From NCBI GenBank assembly GCA_963789265.1, contig CAWBKB010000005.1, positions 1 to 64,000 on the forward strand: DNA of 64,000 nt, written 5' to 3'. The DNA comes from an uncultured delta proteobacterium (lineage in GTDB: Bacteria; Desulfobacterota; Desulfomonilia; Desulfomonilales; Desulfomonilaceae). The notes below the pieces were generated by a model. It did not search any database. It worked only from the letters and a program-made list of their open reading frames with translations, and was not told where the DNA came from. Shown one piece after another: positions 10,863-22,056 of the stretch (position 1 is the stretch's first letter; every line of letters begins with the position of its first letter). The position numbers and the translations under genes are program-made.

Positions 10863-11075
10863 AGGAAAGCGTCTCACAACAATTTTGATGAGCCTGAATC
10901 GTGCCACGATTCAGGCTCATTCGTATAGTCGTCGCCCTCACCCCAACCCTCTCCCAGAGGGAGAAGGAGCAGATCCAGGGCAGTTTCGCACTTCCCTCGC
11001 CCTCTGGGAGAGGGACACAGGGTGAGGGATTCGTGCTACGATTCCGACCGCTTCATTGTTTTTGAGACACTTTCT
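10863..11075. repeat. Composite repeat: imperfect terminal IRs, a 16-bp palindrome and a REP-like hairpin
   Basis: Ends GGAAAGCGTCTCA / TGAGACACTTTCT; ATGAGCCTGAATCGTG-C-CACGATTCAGGCTCAT at 10888-10920; CCCTCACCC...GGGTGAGGG at 10935-11028. The right end recurs at ~11191-11236. Confidence 0.7.
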
Positions 11076-11496
11076 AAGGCGCCCGTCTACGTCCTGTCGC
11101 CCCGATGGGGCTCAAAGAGAAGCGTCCCGGAGGGACGAAGGACAGCAGACCGGTCCTGCGCGGACCGCGGGATTGCCGGGAAAAGCCGGCATCGTGCCAC
11201 GAATCTCACTCATGCTTCGATTTTGAGACACTTTCTTCCAGCTTCCGGGAACCCCCCGTTCAGTGGCGGGCTAGAAAGCCCACTCCACGAAGCCATCCGC
11301 AAATTCCGGCTCTAACTGAATGCTTACTCGATTCGCACAAATTGCTTGACAGATCAGCAAGGGAGTTCTAGAAGCAATGCAATTAGGATCTTGGTTGTGG
11401 CGCTTTTCCAGCGGCATACATCGGGTCGATGTACTGAAATTTCTCAGACCTTTTTCTCAATATAACTATCCCTCCGGCTGAAGGAGAAGTTTGCTT

Positions 11497-11754
11497 ATGG
11501 CATCCATAGTTGATCTGTGCTGGACGAGTTCGGAGGACCTCTTCGAAAACCTCGACCTTGACGCACTGTACGCACGGCAAGTCCGAACAGTGCGGGCGGA
11601 CTCTTGTCCAAAATATCCGTACCTCATTTTGGTGCATACCGGCAAAATCACCATAGGAATAAACCTGGGGCGGAGATTCGAACAGCGGGAAGCGGCGCTG
11701 CGTCATTCGCGAGGCAGCGGCCTCCCATTGCAGGATGACCCCTTGTACTGCTGA
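11497..11754 (+). CDS. Possible small hypothetical protein
   Basis: ATG preceded by AAGGAG; natural-looking composition; no motif. Confidence 0.35.
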   Translation: MASIVDLCWTSSEDLFENLDLDALYARQVRTVRADSCPKYPYLILVHTGKITIGINLGRRFEQREAALRHSRGSGLPLQDDPLYC

Positions 11755-11972
11755 AACGGCATCCAGGATCCGTCTGGGTGAAGCTGTTCCACCTGATGAC
11801 ACTGACGTATGCAGTTCATGTCAAAGAAGACAACCGTTTCTTTCTCTCCTATCCTTCAACCAGGCGGACGGTCTTTATTTTTGCCGGCGAATCGCGGCGC
11901 CTTTTTAAGAGGTTGAAACTCCTGCCCACGGCTGCTATCTTATTCCAAAGCTTCTCTTTCAGTGTGTGTTGT

Positions 11973-12061
11973 GCCTGAGTGGTGGAACTAGGTAGACACA
12001 AGGGACTTAAAATCCCTTGGGGCTTGTCCCCGTGACGGTTCGAGTCCGTCCTCAGGCACCA
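11973..12061 (+). tRNA. tRNA-Leu (anticodon TAA)
   Basis: Acceptor stem GCCTGAG/CTCAGGC, anticodon arm AGGGA-CTTAAAA-TCCCT, long variable arm, GGTTCGAGTCC T-arm, encoded CCA. Confidence 0.97.
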
Positions 12062-12352
12062 TGTCACGTACCTCGCCATCAGCTAAAGTTCGCGTTTCAT
12101 CAACAGCTTTTAGCGCCTTGCTTTCGTTTGTTGTCCCAGGATGCATATAGACTGGGCTGAAGAGAGGCTTTTGCATAGGCGCAGAAGCTATCGAAGCAAT
12201 GTTGCACAATTTGGTTAAATGTTTTGCATTGACTATTAGATCGTGTTATTTATATTTAGATAAAAGTTAATGGAAGTTATAGTAAAGGATGTTGGTTTTT
12301 TGCTGAACAGCAAGGAGGCGGGACCTTATCGAGAGACGGAGAGGAGCGAGGC

Positions 12353-12934
12353 ATGAAAAAGGAAGCGCGACTTCAGGCTGAGAAAATGTTTCTGAAGGCA
12401 GGGGGCAAAATCACCAACAGAGATATAGCAAAGATGGTAAAAGTAAACCCCCTCACCGTCGGCCGATGGAAACGTGACGACAATTGGGAATCAAGACTGA
12501 CAGCAGGCGATCATCCCGCGCAGAAGGAAGGCGCGGGTATGGTGCGTAAGAAGGCTGCCCGCGACAAGGCGGTCAAGCTGTATATGGAGGAAGGGGGGAA
12601 CATAACCAACAAAGAGCTTGCGATAAAGGTCGGCGTAAGTCCTGCAACAATCAGCAAATGGAAGCAGGCGGATGGGTGGATCGACCAACTTGCCCCTGCT
12701 GAAGCGGAAGCGCCGATTGAAATGACAGAAGAGGCCGAGCTTGATATCGGTGAACTGGCATCCCCGGAACAGATTATTCTGATCAATCAAAGGATAGACA
12801 GTCTCCTCAAGCGAGACTATCTCAGTGCCGGTGAGGTCGCGGATCTGGCCGAAGCCAAAAGCGCCTTGCTCGAAGCCGTGGATATCTATCTGGCTATTGT
12901 TCACGATGTCGGGGAAATGAAATCGGAAGGCTGA
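12353..12934 (+). CDS. Tandem HTH protein resembling the phage terminase small-subunit N-terminal domain
   Basis: Two repeats: GGKITNRDIAKMVKVNPLTVGRWKRDDNW and GGNITNKELAIKVGVSPATISKWKQADGW. GAGGAG RBS. Confidence 0.75.
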   Translation: MKKEARLQAEKMFLKAGGKITNRDIAKMVKVNPLTVGRWKRDDNWESRLTAGDHPAQKEGAGMVRKKAARDKAVKLYMEEGGNITNKELAIKVGVSPATISKWKQADGWIDQLAPAEAEAPIEMTEEAELDIGELASPEQIILINQRIDSLLKRDYLSAGEVADLAEAKSALLEAVDIYLAIVHDVGEMKSEG

Positions 12935-12976
12935 TCGACCTCTTTCCTTGCCTTACCATCGAGAGAATCAAAAATA

Positions 12977-13792
12977 ATGATTTCCCCGGATGCCCTGCTA
13001 TACATTTATGAGATTCGGGGGGACCCCGGCGACAACCTTGCGGACCCTCCCTCCTCGTTTGTAGGATTATGGAATGAGGAAGGATTCTCTTATCTTTTTT
13101 TTACAAAACCCGAAGACCAATACGTTGACGACTCAATCCGGACCTGCGAATTGGGCCTGGGGTCCAGGCACGAAGTGCGTTACGGGGATTGGCAAACAGG
13201 GCTCCCGCCACACGGCATCCAAGTAGCCGGACTCTACTTTGTGAGACGCGACCATCCCTCTCCGCCTCCCGAAGCACTGCTACTTGATCCTTCCGTGGTG
13301 TTCGGCGACGGCAGCCATCCCACCACAATTTGTTGCCTCCGCTTTATGCAGGAGATCATCCGCGCCAAATCCATAACATCTATGCTGGATCTGGGAACAG
13401 GCAGCGGGATTCTGGCACTTGCAGCCGCACGTATGGGAGTCCGAAGCATTCTGGCCGTCGATCGAAATCGCTTGGCCTTTCGTACAGCTACGGAAAACAT
13501 TAGAGCAAACTCGCTGGAAACTGTTATTCGTGTTCGAGAAGGAGAGGCCAGACTTTTTATTGACCAACCATTCGATCTTGTTGCCGCAAATCTGCCTTTC
13601 CACGTGTTACGTGAGTTGATTCCTTTGAGGGCCGCTGCGCTCCACAAATTTTGGATTGTGTCGGGAATCAACGAGAAACAGGCGGAGACGCTTAAGGAGC
13701 TTTTTTCAGAACAAGATTACGAAATTTGCCGTCAGATTGCGGATCCGCCCTGGCTGACCTTCACGGCAGCCAAGGGAGAAACTATAGACTAG
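12977..13792 (+). CDS. PrmA-like SAM-dependent methyltransferase
   Basis: LDPSVVFGDGSHPTT, LDLGTGSGILA, FDLVAANL, IVSGI. Confidence 0.85.
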   Translation: MISPDALLYIYEIRGDPGDNLADPPSSFVGLWNEEGFSYLFFTKPEDQYVDDSIRTCELGLGSRHEVRYGDWQTGLPPHGIQVAGLYFVRRDHPSPPPEALLLDPSVVFGDGSHPTTICCLRFMQEIIRAKSITSMLDLGTGSGILALAAARMGVRSILAVDRNRLAFRTATENIRANSLETVIRVREGEARLFIDQPFDLVAANLPFHVLRELIPLRAAALHKFWIVSGINEKQAETLKELFSEQDYEICRQIADPPWLTFTAAKGETID

Positions 13793-13878
13793 ACCGGTTG
13801 ACCGAACCGACGAATGTGAAATTCCCGGAGGGACGAACACTGAAAATGCTTTGTACCCCGGAGTCTTAACAAAACCTT

Positions 13879-15148
13879 GTGGAACGAACATTGATGACAA
13901 GCGCTTCTGCTGCTTCTCCGGCTGATGGTGCCTGGATTATCCGGGCAGATGACGGACTACTGAGCGTGCCTGACAATCCGATAATAGGATTCATTGAAGG
14001 CGATGGAGTAGGTCCTGACATCTGGGCCGCTTCGCGCCCGGTGTTTGATGCGGCCGTGCGCAAGGCCTGGGGCGGCGGCCGCCAAATCAAGTGGTGGGAG
14101 ATACCGGCAGGGGAAAAGTCTTTTCGCGAATACGGGGAATACCTACCTGATCGTTCCCTGGTGGATATCCAACGAGCCCTCGTTATTATTAAGGGTCCGC
14201 TGACAACCCCTGTAGGCGGGGGCTTTCGCAGTTTGAACGTCACCCTCCGGCAGAAGCTAGACTTGTACGCGTGCGTGCGGCCGGTCCGGTATATATCGGG
14301 CACTCCCTCGCCGGTGAGGCACCCCGAAGATGTGAACATGGTCATTTTTCGGGAAAACACCGAAGATGTTTACGCGGGCATCGAATGGAAATCAGGAAGT
14401 GAAGAAGCCGACCGAATAGTCAGATTTCTAAAAGCCGACATGGGTATTCAATTGGACCCGTCTTCAGGCATAGGACTCAAACCCATGAGTCCCAAAGCCT
14501 CAAAACGGCTCGTGCGGCGGGCAATTCGTTTCGCGCTTGATAAGGGCAAACAGAGGGTCACGCTTGTTCACAAGGGCAACATAATGAAATTTACCGAGGG
14601 AGCTTTTCGAGATTGGGGTTATGAGCTGGCCCGTGAGGAGTTTTCCGACACAATTGTGTTGGAAGACGCACTCATGAATGACCATGATGGGGTAGTTCCC
14701 GAGGGCAAGATTCTACTCAACGACAGAATAGCCGATGCCATGTTTCAACAGGTGTTGCTGAGGCCAAAAGAATATCAAGTGTTGGCATTGCCGAATCTCA
14801 ACGGCGACTATCTATCCGATGCTCTGGCGGCCCAGGTCGGCGGTTTGGGGATGGCTCCCGGCGCAAATATCGGGGACAACTGCGCCATATTTGAAGCCAC
14901 ACATGGAAGCGCTCCTAAGTATGCCGGGCTTAACAAGGTGAATCCAGGCTCACTGCTTCTCTCAGGGGCCATGATGCTTGAATACATGGGTTGGGATGAG
15001 GCTGCCGCGCTCATCGAGGAGGCCATCTCCGAAACGATTCGGGCCGGGATTGTAACGTACAGACCTGGCTCGAATGATGCCGGGCTCCAGGGAAGTCTCC
15101 TGCTCCGGCTTTACATCTGCCGTGATCGAAAGAATCTGTGCAAATTAG
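13879..15148 (+). CDS. icd: Isocitrate dehydrogenase (extra base near 15061)
   Basis: [58 protein letters not shown]. Removing one A restores VTYDLAR...CAN* ending at 15148. Confidence 0.95.
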
Positions 15149-15540
15149 CCTTGAGATAGGATAAATCTTGAATAATAACCGTCCGAGCCAACCACAGCCG
15201 TTGAAAAAGCGGTACGCTTTTCACCGGAAAAATTGCCACAAAGCCGGTCCCACACAGGTAAATGGCGACAGCCTGCTAAAAACTCTTGACTACGTCGTGT
15301 CTCCTCGAATATGCTCCTGACTTACCGCACTCCGGAGTTTTTTTTCTTTTTTCGGTTCTTTTGCACGGAGGGTTGAAGGATACCCTGTCCCGGGAGAAAT
15401 TTTTCCGGCGAGCGGTCTTCCGGGACGGGGCATACAAAGCAAATCCTGGCTCTTCGTAGATTAACTCCCCTGTTCAAGACGTCGATCCATCATGCAGACC
15501 GGAAATGTTGTGCCCGTGGCCTCTCAGGGGAAAGTGACTC

Positions 15541-16530
15541 ATGATCATCACTCGAACGCCGCTTCGTGTCAGCTTCTGTGGGGGGGGAACCGATCTTCCG
15601 GCATATTATCTCTGTCAGCAAGGGGCGGTGGTCAGTACGAGTCTCAATAAATACGTATACATCACCGTCAACCGTCTCAGCCGTTACTTCCGTCACCGCA
15701 TTCTATTGAAGTATTCCCAGTCGGAACTTGTCGATTCGGTGGAAGAGGTCTCCCATCCCATCATCCGGGAAGCCATGAAAATGACGGGCATCATCGACGG
15801 TGTGGAAATTACTTCAATGGCCGATATCCCGGCTGGGACCGGGCTTGGATCCTCAAGTTCTTACGCCGTGGGACTGCTTCATGCGTTGCACACCTTTAAG
15901 GGTGAGTACGTTTCAGCGTCACAACTTTCAAGAGAAGCCTGTGAAATAGAAATCAAACGACTGGGTGACCCTATCGGGAAACAGGATCAATACATCGCAG
16001 CGTATGGGGGGATCTGCCATATCCGTTTCAATCCGGATGAGACAGTTTTCGTAGACCCTGTAATCTGCTCTCACGCCACCAAAATGGCCCTGCAAGGCAA
16101 TCTCTTGATGTTTTATACCGGTAGGGAACGACGCGCGGGAGATATACTGGAAGCGCAACAAGCAGCCACACAACAAAAAATGGATGTTCTCGCGCAGATG
16201 AAGGATCTCTGCGACCGTGCCCTGGACGTTCTCAGAGACGGTCGGTCGCTAAACCGATTCGGTGAGATTCTTCATGAGGGATGGCTTCTGAAGCGCTCGC
16301 TGGTAGATAATATCAGCAATGACTCCATCAACCGGTATTACCAATCTGCACTCACGGCGGGAGCAATAGGCGGTAAGCTCTTGGGAGCGGGAGGAGGAGG
16401 ATTCCTCTTATTTTATGTTGAACAACAGAACCAGGATCGTGTCCGGAAGGCGCTTCGAGACCTTCAGGAGCTGCCGTTCATGTTTGAGCCTCAAGGAAGC
16501 AAAGTCCTCTATATTTCGGACGGTGTGTAG
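15541..16530 (+). CDS. GHMP-family sugar kinase (HddA-like heptose-7-phosphate kinase)
   Basis: RTPLRVSFCGGGTD, PAGTGLGSSS, GKQDQY, GGKLLGAGGGG. Confidence 0.85.
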   Translation: MIITRTPLRVSFCGGGTDLPAYYLCQQGAVVSTSLNKYVYITVNRLSRYFRHRILLKYSQSELVDSVEEVSHPIIREAMKMTGIIDGVEITSMADIPAGTGLGSSSSYAVGLLHALHTFKGEYVSASQLSREACEIEIKRLGDPIGKQDQYIAAYGGICHIRFNPDETVFVDPVICSHATKMALQGNLLMFYTGRERRAGDILEAQQAATQQKMDVLAQMKDLCDRALDVLRDGRSLNRFGEILHEGWLLKRSLVDNISNDSINRYYQSALTAGAIGGKLLGAGGGGFLLFYVEQQNQDRVRKALRDLQELPFMFEPQGSKVLYISDGV

Positions 16531-16570
16531 TCCGACACCTGGGTTATTGAACGCGAGCGGCCGTTAACAC

Positions 16571-16888
16571 TCAGGCCATATCTACCCATTCAGGCGTCTT
16601 TTCACCCACCATGAAGACTTCCACTTCCTCAGGGGCTTCGAGTAACGGTTCAATTCGCGTAGAGAATGCTTTTCTCCTGGGAGAATCATGCCACTCTTGC
16701 CAGCGCTTTTGGCTAATCCAAGTGCTTACTACGGTCAGCTTGCCGGGGCTTGCGATGCTGAGAAGCGTTTGGCCCGATACGTAACCCGTCTGCAAAGTAG
16801 CTAACGATCTGAGTTCCATTAGAAGGTGATACGCTTTTTTCATTGCGTCCGGTTTGAACCTTCTGGTGATAAGCACTTTGACGGCCAT
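16571..16888 (-). CDS. Antibiotic biosynthesis monooxygenase (ABM)-like protein
   Basis: 105 aa; GYVSG, VVSTW.S...W..W..SP.R pattern; GGAGG RBS. Confidence 0.75.
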   Translation of the reverse strand: MAVKVLITRRFKPDAMKKAYHLLMELRSLATLQTGYVSGQTLLSIASPGKLTVVSTWISQKRWQEWHDSPRRKAFSTRIEPLLEAPEEVEVFMVGEKTPEWVDMA

Positions 16889-16997
16889 GATCGCTCCCTC
16901 CTTCCGGCGCTGCCGGCAGAAAGTCTTGCGCAGATTACTCGCGTGTTAGTTTATCACTTCCACAACGAAAAATGTAAAGTTCGAGACTGGTTTACGC

Positions 16998-18570
16998 TCA
17001 GCCGCTTTTCTCCAACCCTTTCAAATAATCAACCGTGCCGTCGGCTATTCTTTCGGCAATGGAGTTCAAGTATGCCGAGTGGGTCAGCTTTTGGCTTTCC
17101 CGCTTGTTGCTGATAAAAGCACACTCCACCAGAATTGCAGGCATTTTCGCCCCCAAGAGTACATAGAACGGGGCTTGCCTTACGCCTCTGTCACGTTCCC
17201 CGGGGCCGCCAGGCTCATTGTTTCGGGACAGTGAGCCCTGTACTGATATAGCCAATTGGGCGGATTCACTCTTTTTCGACGTCACCATTAGGTCAAGGAG
17301 TGTTGCCTCTATATCATTCATTTTGGATAGGGGTATCGCATTTTCACGGGCCGCGACTCGCATGGCCCCGCACGAACTGGCCTTGCTAAGATAGTATGTT
17401 TCAATCCCTGTTGAACTCGAATCCGCTGCCGAGTTGCAATGGATTGAAATAAAAACGTCCGCGTTTGCCGAATTGGCTACAGCGGTCCTCTCTTCAAGAG
17501 AGAGATATCTGTCGTCGGATCTTGTAAGCACAACCTTAATTGAGGGGTATTTGCTTTCGAGTATCGCCTTGAGCCTCATGGCGACATGGAGCGTCAAATC
17601 CTTTTCTTTCAGCCGACCGTCTCGTGATACGGCTCCAGGGTCTTTCCCGCCATGTCCCGGATCTATCGCGACTACAAACGCTCTCGCCGATGGATTGACA
17701 TTTCTGTAGGCCGCGACGCAGTCGTTAATTGTGGAAGGCAGCAGAGACGCCGTACTTATGGAAGGAACCAATTTGCGTCCAATGGCCTTCGCGTGCGGAC
17801 TGATTAATGAGTTCGCAATCGGCCGTTCCAACGGATTTCCTACGGCGTAGGAGGGTGCGCCCGAATTCATTCCAATTACGCTGGTGGATCCAGCCAAGAT
17901 CGGTCCCGATTTTGACTCTGCTTTGTAATTTCTAGCATCCTGAGTCCCAGGATTGTAAAAGGGGTTTCCCATGAACTGATTGGGCGCGGCGGTCGACAAG
18001 CTCCCGTTATGTACGGGAGGGCATGTTGATCGATCTGCTTTGACGGCGGACTGGGGTTTGGCGACTAGTGGCAACCCAGGCCGCGGCCGGCCTCTGCTCG
18101 GTCTTGTCCGGATTCGTTTTGCCCCCTCGAAATCATGGTTATTCCGGCCAAGCGATTCAAGAATCTTCCGCTTCAAACCATGCGCCTCTTTCAACTCGCG
18201 TAAGCCCAATTTCATATAGGGCCCCCTGCGATTAAGGCTGCAAAAATGACTCAGATGGCGGATTGCTTCATCGAGGTCTTGCACTTTGCCGCTCCGGCGG
18301 TAAAGATCCAACGAAGCCTTTCCCGCAAGAAAAAGTGATCGATTGGCTATCCGGCGGTCTTTGGCGGTCTCATGAATGGCCAAAAACGAACGTACGTACT
18401 TGCAGCCAATCTTTCCGGCTGGTGTCTTTAGACAATTTCTGCAAGAGGCTATATGTTTTAGAAAAAGACGGTATCTGCCGAGGCGAAGCGGCTCCCGCCA
18501 ACGATCCTGTCAAGAACAAAATGAAGACTCCACCAATTCCGGCCGCGATGAACATCGAGGTTTTTGGCAT
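16998..18570 (-). CDS. N-acetylmuramoyl-L-alanine amidase (Amidase_3), frameshifted near 18390
   Basis: IDPGHGGKDPGA, EKDLTL, LTRSDD, FISIHCN, ILVECAFISN. The signal peptide (MPKTSMFIAAG...) is in upstream ORF 18370..18636. Confidence 0.85.
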
Positions 18571-19125
18571 TCGCGAAGGACCTGGGATGCTTGTAGTAAT
18601 CAATTGAGGCCGGCTCGTCGGCCGGTCCGGATGCAACTTCAGTCGCAGGACTTGCCGATTCGTATGGTGGACCGCAGACCAACCTGATTCGAGGTGGAAC
18701 CGAGTTTATTCACGTCACGACAGCACTCCGGTAAGAGACGGACCCGGAGCACCTCACTGGAGATGTGGTTAATGCAAAAGCAAGATCGGGCGATTTTTTC
18801 ATGAAGTTCCACGGGAATAGTTATGGGCGGTCTACGTGGTTTCCAGAGCACAGGGCACCTCCTTGATATAGTATATAGCTATATAACACATAAATAACTG
18901 TATGTTCAATTGATTTTCAATAAATTACTTTAATTTAATCTCTTTGACCGCGCTGCCCGCCCCTGCTACACTCTTATCGTCCCTATCTACAAATGTGCCG
19001 CCATGCAGGTGAGTGCAAAGAAAATTTAAGGCGTCGAGTCTTGCGCCTGAATGGACACGTCACATGCCCCTCAACCAACTCGACTACGATTGCACCTCGC
19101 CGTTTCAGCGAGAGAGTGGAACAAA

Positions 19126-20259
19126 ATGAGCGAAGACAAAGCGAATAGGCCTGGTTTCTTCAAACGCTGGTTTAAGAAAGATAAAGCTGCGCCGGAAGCT
19201 TCAAAGACGGAAATCCCTCCTGAAACTGCGGAAGAAGCTGCTCAGCCTCCATCCATCGCGGCGCCCTTTGAGCCGGCAGTTGAAGGAGAGTTGGGAGAAT
19301 CCCCCGAATTCCGGGATGAGCAAGAAGGCTTCATAAGGCTAAAGACGGGCCTAAAAAAGACGAGGAAGGGTTTTCTCGGCGGCCTGAACCAGGTGTTTCT
19401 CGGAAAGAAACAACTGGACGATCAGATGGTCGCGGGGCTGGAAGAAGTGCTCGTGACCGCGGACATAGGAGTGAGAACCGCTTACGAGCTTCTGGACAAT
19501 GTTGCAGGCAGAATCAAGCGGCGGGAGATCGGTGATCCGGACGCAGTGGTTAGTCATCTAAAGGCACTGATCAAGGACATGCTTTCAGAGGTCGAAGCCC
19601 CTCTGCGGGTGGGTTATGGATCGGGGCCATTCGTCGTGATGGTGCTGGGCGTGAACGGTTCCGGCAAAACCACGACCATTGCCAAGATAGCTGCCCGGTA
19701 CCAGGCTGCGGGCAGACGGGTAATCCTGGCCGCGGGAGATACTTTCCGGGCTGCGGCTGTGGAGCAGCTTCAGATCTGGGGTGACCGCGTCGGTTGCACG
19801 GTGATCAAAGGAAAAGATAAAGCTGACCCGTCCTCGGTCGCGTTCGAGGCTCTGGAAAGGGCGCTGGCTGATGATGCTGATCTCGTCCTGGTAGATACAG
19901 CGGGTCGGCTCCACACGCGGGTTCCATTAATGGAGGAGTTGAAAAAGGTCAGTCGCACCCTGGGGAAGAAGGTCCCGACTGCGCCGCATGAGACCCTGCT
20001 CGTTATCGACGCGTCGATGGGCCAGAATGCAATCTTGCAGGCGCGGACGTTCAACGAGGCTGTCCCGGTAACGGGAATCGCTCTCACCAAGCTTGACGGT
20101 ACCTCGAAGGGTGGCGTACTGCTCGGAATCTCGCATGAACTTAAGATTCCTGTGCGTTACATCGGAATAGGAGAAAAGATAGACGATCTGCGCGAATTCA
20201 GTGCAAAGGATTTTGCGGAAGCCCTATTCGCCGATGTAGATACTGCTCAAACGGATTAA
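19126..20259 (+). CDS. ftsY: SRP receptor GTPase
   Basis: GVNGSGKTTT, DTFRAAA, DTAGRL, TKLDGTSKGG; acidic N-terminal region. Confidence 0.97.
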   Translation: MSEDKANRPGFFKRWFKKDKAAPEASKTEIPPETAEEAAQPPSIAAPFEPAVEGELGESPEFRDEQEGFIRLKTGLKKTRKGFLGGLNQVFLGKKQLDDQMVAGLEEVLVTADIGVRTAYELLDNVAGRIKRREIGDPDAVVSHLKALIKDMLSEVEAPLRVGYGSGPFVVMVLGVNGSGKTTTIAKIAARYQAAGRRVILAAGDTFRAAAVEQLQIWGDRVGCTVIKGKDKADPSSVAFEALERALADDADLVLVDTAGRLHTRVPLMEELKKVSRTLGKKVPTAPHETLLVIDASMGQNAILQARTFNEAVPVTGIALTKLDGTSKGGVLLGISHELKIPVRYIGIGEKIDDLREFSAKDFAEALFADVDTAQTD

Positions 20260-20302
20260 GTACTCTGCTGCCTAAGTTCGGTCTCATATTCTGGCACCAT
20301 TT

Positions 20303-20362
20303 CCGTCATGCCCGCGTACGCGGGCATCCAGACTGGACCCCGGATCGCAGTCCGGGGTGACG
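20303..20362. repeat. Palindromic repeat of the same family as 4237-4320
   Basis: CCGTCATGCCCGCGTACGCGGGCATCCAG-A-CTGGACCCCGGATCGCAGTCCGGGGTGACGG. Confidence 0.7.
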
Positions 20363-20469
20363 GAGTTGGATAGAGTTGCAAGCACCGACAACATTTCCGG
20401 AAATAGGTCACAGCATTTAGCAAATCGAGTAAGTAAGTTAAGTCAGATTTCTATCAATCAAAAGGAGGT

Positions 20470-21054
20470 ATGGATATGGAGATACGGAAGATCGTGAAGA
20501 TCGTTGAAGAGATACACAGAGAAATGGGCAAACCGGTGAATCCGCCCACCAGGCGGGCTGCGGCCGTCGCGGTAATAGCCAATCCCTTTGCAGGTCGATA
20601 TGAGGAGAATCTCGACGAGCTGATCGGAGTCGGCGAAGAGTTGGGCGGCATTCTGGGCAAAATGGCGGTGGAAGCGTTGGGAATCTCACCTGAACAGGCT
20701 GAAAGTTACGGCAAGGGGGCCATAGTCGGACCGCGAGGCGAGTTGGAGCATGCCGCAGCAATTTTGCACCCCAAGCTGGGTGGGCCTTTCAGGGAAGCAG
20801 TCGGAGGAGGCAAGGCACTCATCCCGTCCGCGAAGAAAATGGGTGGCCCAGGGACCGAAATCGACGTTCCCGTGCATTACAAGGATGCAGCATTCGTGCG
20901 TACCCATTTTGACGCCATGCCGGTGCGGGTTCAGGATGCTCCCCGCGGGGATGAAATCGTGGTGGCCCTGGTCGTCACGGCCTCGGGGAGACCACTGCCC
21001 CGTGTAGGCGGTCTTCTCAAGGACCAGGCAAAGAAAGAGGATGGGTTGCGATGA
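20470..21054 (+). CDS. Amino acid synthesis family protein (DUF1185-like)
   Basis: AVIANPFAG, SYGKGAIVG..GELEH.AA, RTHFD, DAPR.DE, GRPLPRVGGL. Confidence 0.8.
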   Translation: MDMEIRKIVKIVEEIHREMGKPVNPPTRRAAAVAVIANPFAGRYEENLDELIGVGEELGGILGKMAVEALGISPEQAESYGKGAIVGPRGELEHAAAILHPKLGGPFREAVGGGKALIPSAKKMGGPGTEIDVPVHYKDAAFVRTHFDAMPVRVQDAPRGDEIVVALVVTASGRPLPRVGGLLKDQAKKEDGLR

Positions 21055-21057
21055 GCT

Positions 21058-21126
21058 TGTCATAAAAGTTTTTGGAAGAGGGGTTCGGGGAGACCCTGCG
21101 TCCCGCGGGGTTACAAAAAAGTGTCT
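21058..21126 (+). repeat. Direct repeat copy 1 (~67 bp) flanking the DJ-1 gene
   Basis: TGTCATAA(AA)GTTTTTGGAAGAGGGGTTCGGGGAGACCCYGCGTCCCGCGGGGTTACAAAAAAGTGTCT, near-identical to 21958-22024. Confidence 0.9.
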
Positions 21127-21146
21127 GCTCGACTAATTCCTAGTGT

Positions 21147-21264
21147 TGTAGGATGTGCTGAGCGAAGCGATGCGCATCTGTCGCGGGTCGGCCGTGGGGT
21201 GGGATTGACGGGGGCGCGAGCGATGCGCTTCCCCCTGCATTCGCAGGGTTTAGCACATCCTACA
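21147..21264. repeat. REP-like GTAG-family palindromic repeat
   Basis: TGTAGGATGTGCT ... AGCACATCCTACA inverted ends. Confidence 0.75.
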
Positions 21265-21291
21265 TGCTTTTTGGAAGGGGACGTCCGGGAT

Positions 21292-21897
21292 TCATTTGTT
21301 GGTTGGGCCGTATAATTTGAATCCCATTTTTTGCCTTATTTGATCCGAATTCTCTTTGCTCGTTACTCTCGCTAAGAGTTCAAAAGCAACTTCCATCGCG
21401 GTAGCTGGCGAAGTAGACGTAATAACATTCCTGTCCCACACAATCGAACAATCAACTACATCCACTCCAAAGCGCACCAATTGCTCCCGACGCAATCCGT
21501 CGCGTAAATGATAGGTCGTTGCTTGTCGCCCAGTGAGAATGCCACTGTTCGCTAGTGGAAGGGCACCAACGCATACAGATGCGATCGGTTTCTCAGCATC
21601 ATCAAATCGACGGATGAGGTCAGCTACCGACTCAGAATATGCTTCCTCATAGTAACCGTGGGTCTCAAACCCGCCAGGAATAGCCAGTCCATCAAAATTT
21701 TCGACATATATTTCCGACAAAAGCTGGTCTGGAATTACTCTGATCCCAAACGCACCTCGAACTTCCTCATGTAAGCCAACAGTCACAACGTTCGCCCGTT
21801 CTGTGCCATATGTCTCGGACCAGCCCAAAACATCGTGAAACGCAGCCGCCTCATAAATTTCCACGCCTTTGCACAACAATAGTAAAACGCGTTTCAT
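21292..21897 (-). CDS. DJ-1/PfpI family protein
   Basis: GVEIYE, LAIPGGF, IASVCVGA nucleophile elbow, VITSTSPATA. Confidence 0.9.
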   Translation of the reverse strand: MKRVLLLLCKGVEIYEAAAFHDVLGWSETYGTERANVVTVGLHEEVRGAFGIRVIPDQLLSEIYVENFDGLAIPGGFETHGYYEEAYSESVADLIRRFDDAEKPIASVCVGALPLANSGILTGRQATTYHLRDGLRREQLVRFGVDVVDCSIVWDRNVITSTSPATAMEVAFELLARVTSKENSDQIRQKMGFKLYGPTNK

Positions 21898-21957
21898 GAT
21901 TTTACTTCCTAATATCGTCAGAAGGCCAGGGGCCACTTACGTAAGCTGCGTTAGAAG

Positions 21958-22024
21958 TGTCATAAGTTTTTGGAAGAGGGGTTCGGGGAGACCCCGCGTC
22001 CCGCGGGGTTACAAAAAAGTGTCT
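21958..22024 (+). repeat. Direct repeat copy 2
   Basis: Near-identical to 21058-21126. Confidence 0.9.
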
Positions 22025-22056
22025 CCCCGACCATTTCCCACCTTCTTGCCTTTCAC

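Noticed and set aside
10207..11371. Short ORFs upstream of the RND permease
   Set aside because: No motifs; they overlap repeat elements and the likely promoter region.
11973..12934. Prophage or island integrated at tRNA-Leu
   Set aside because: No integrase, no duplicated tRNA 3' end seen, and downstream genes are housekeeping.
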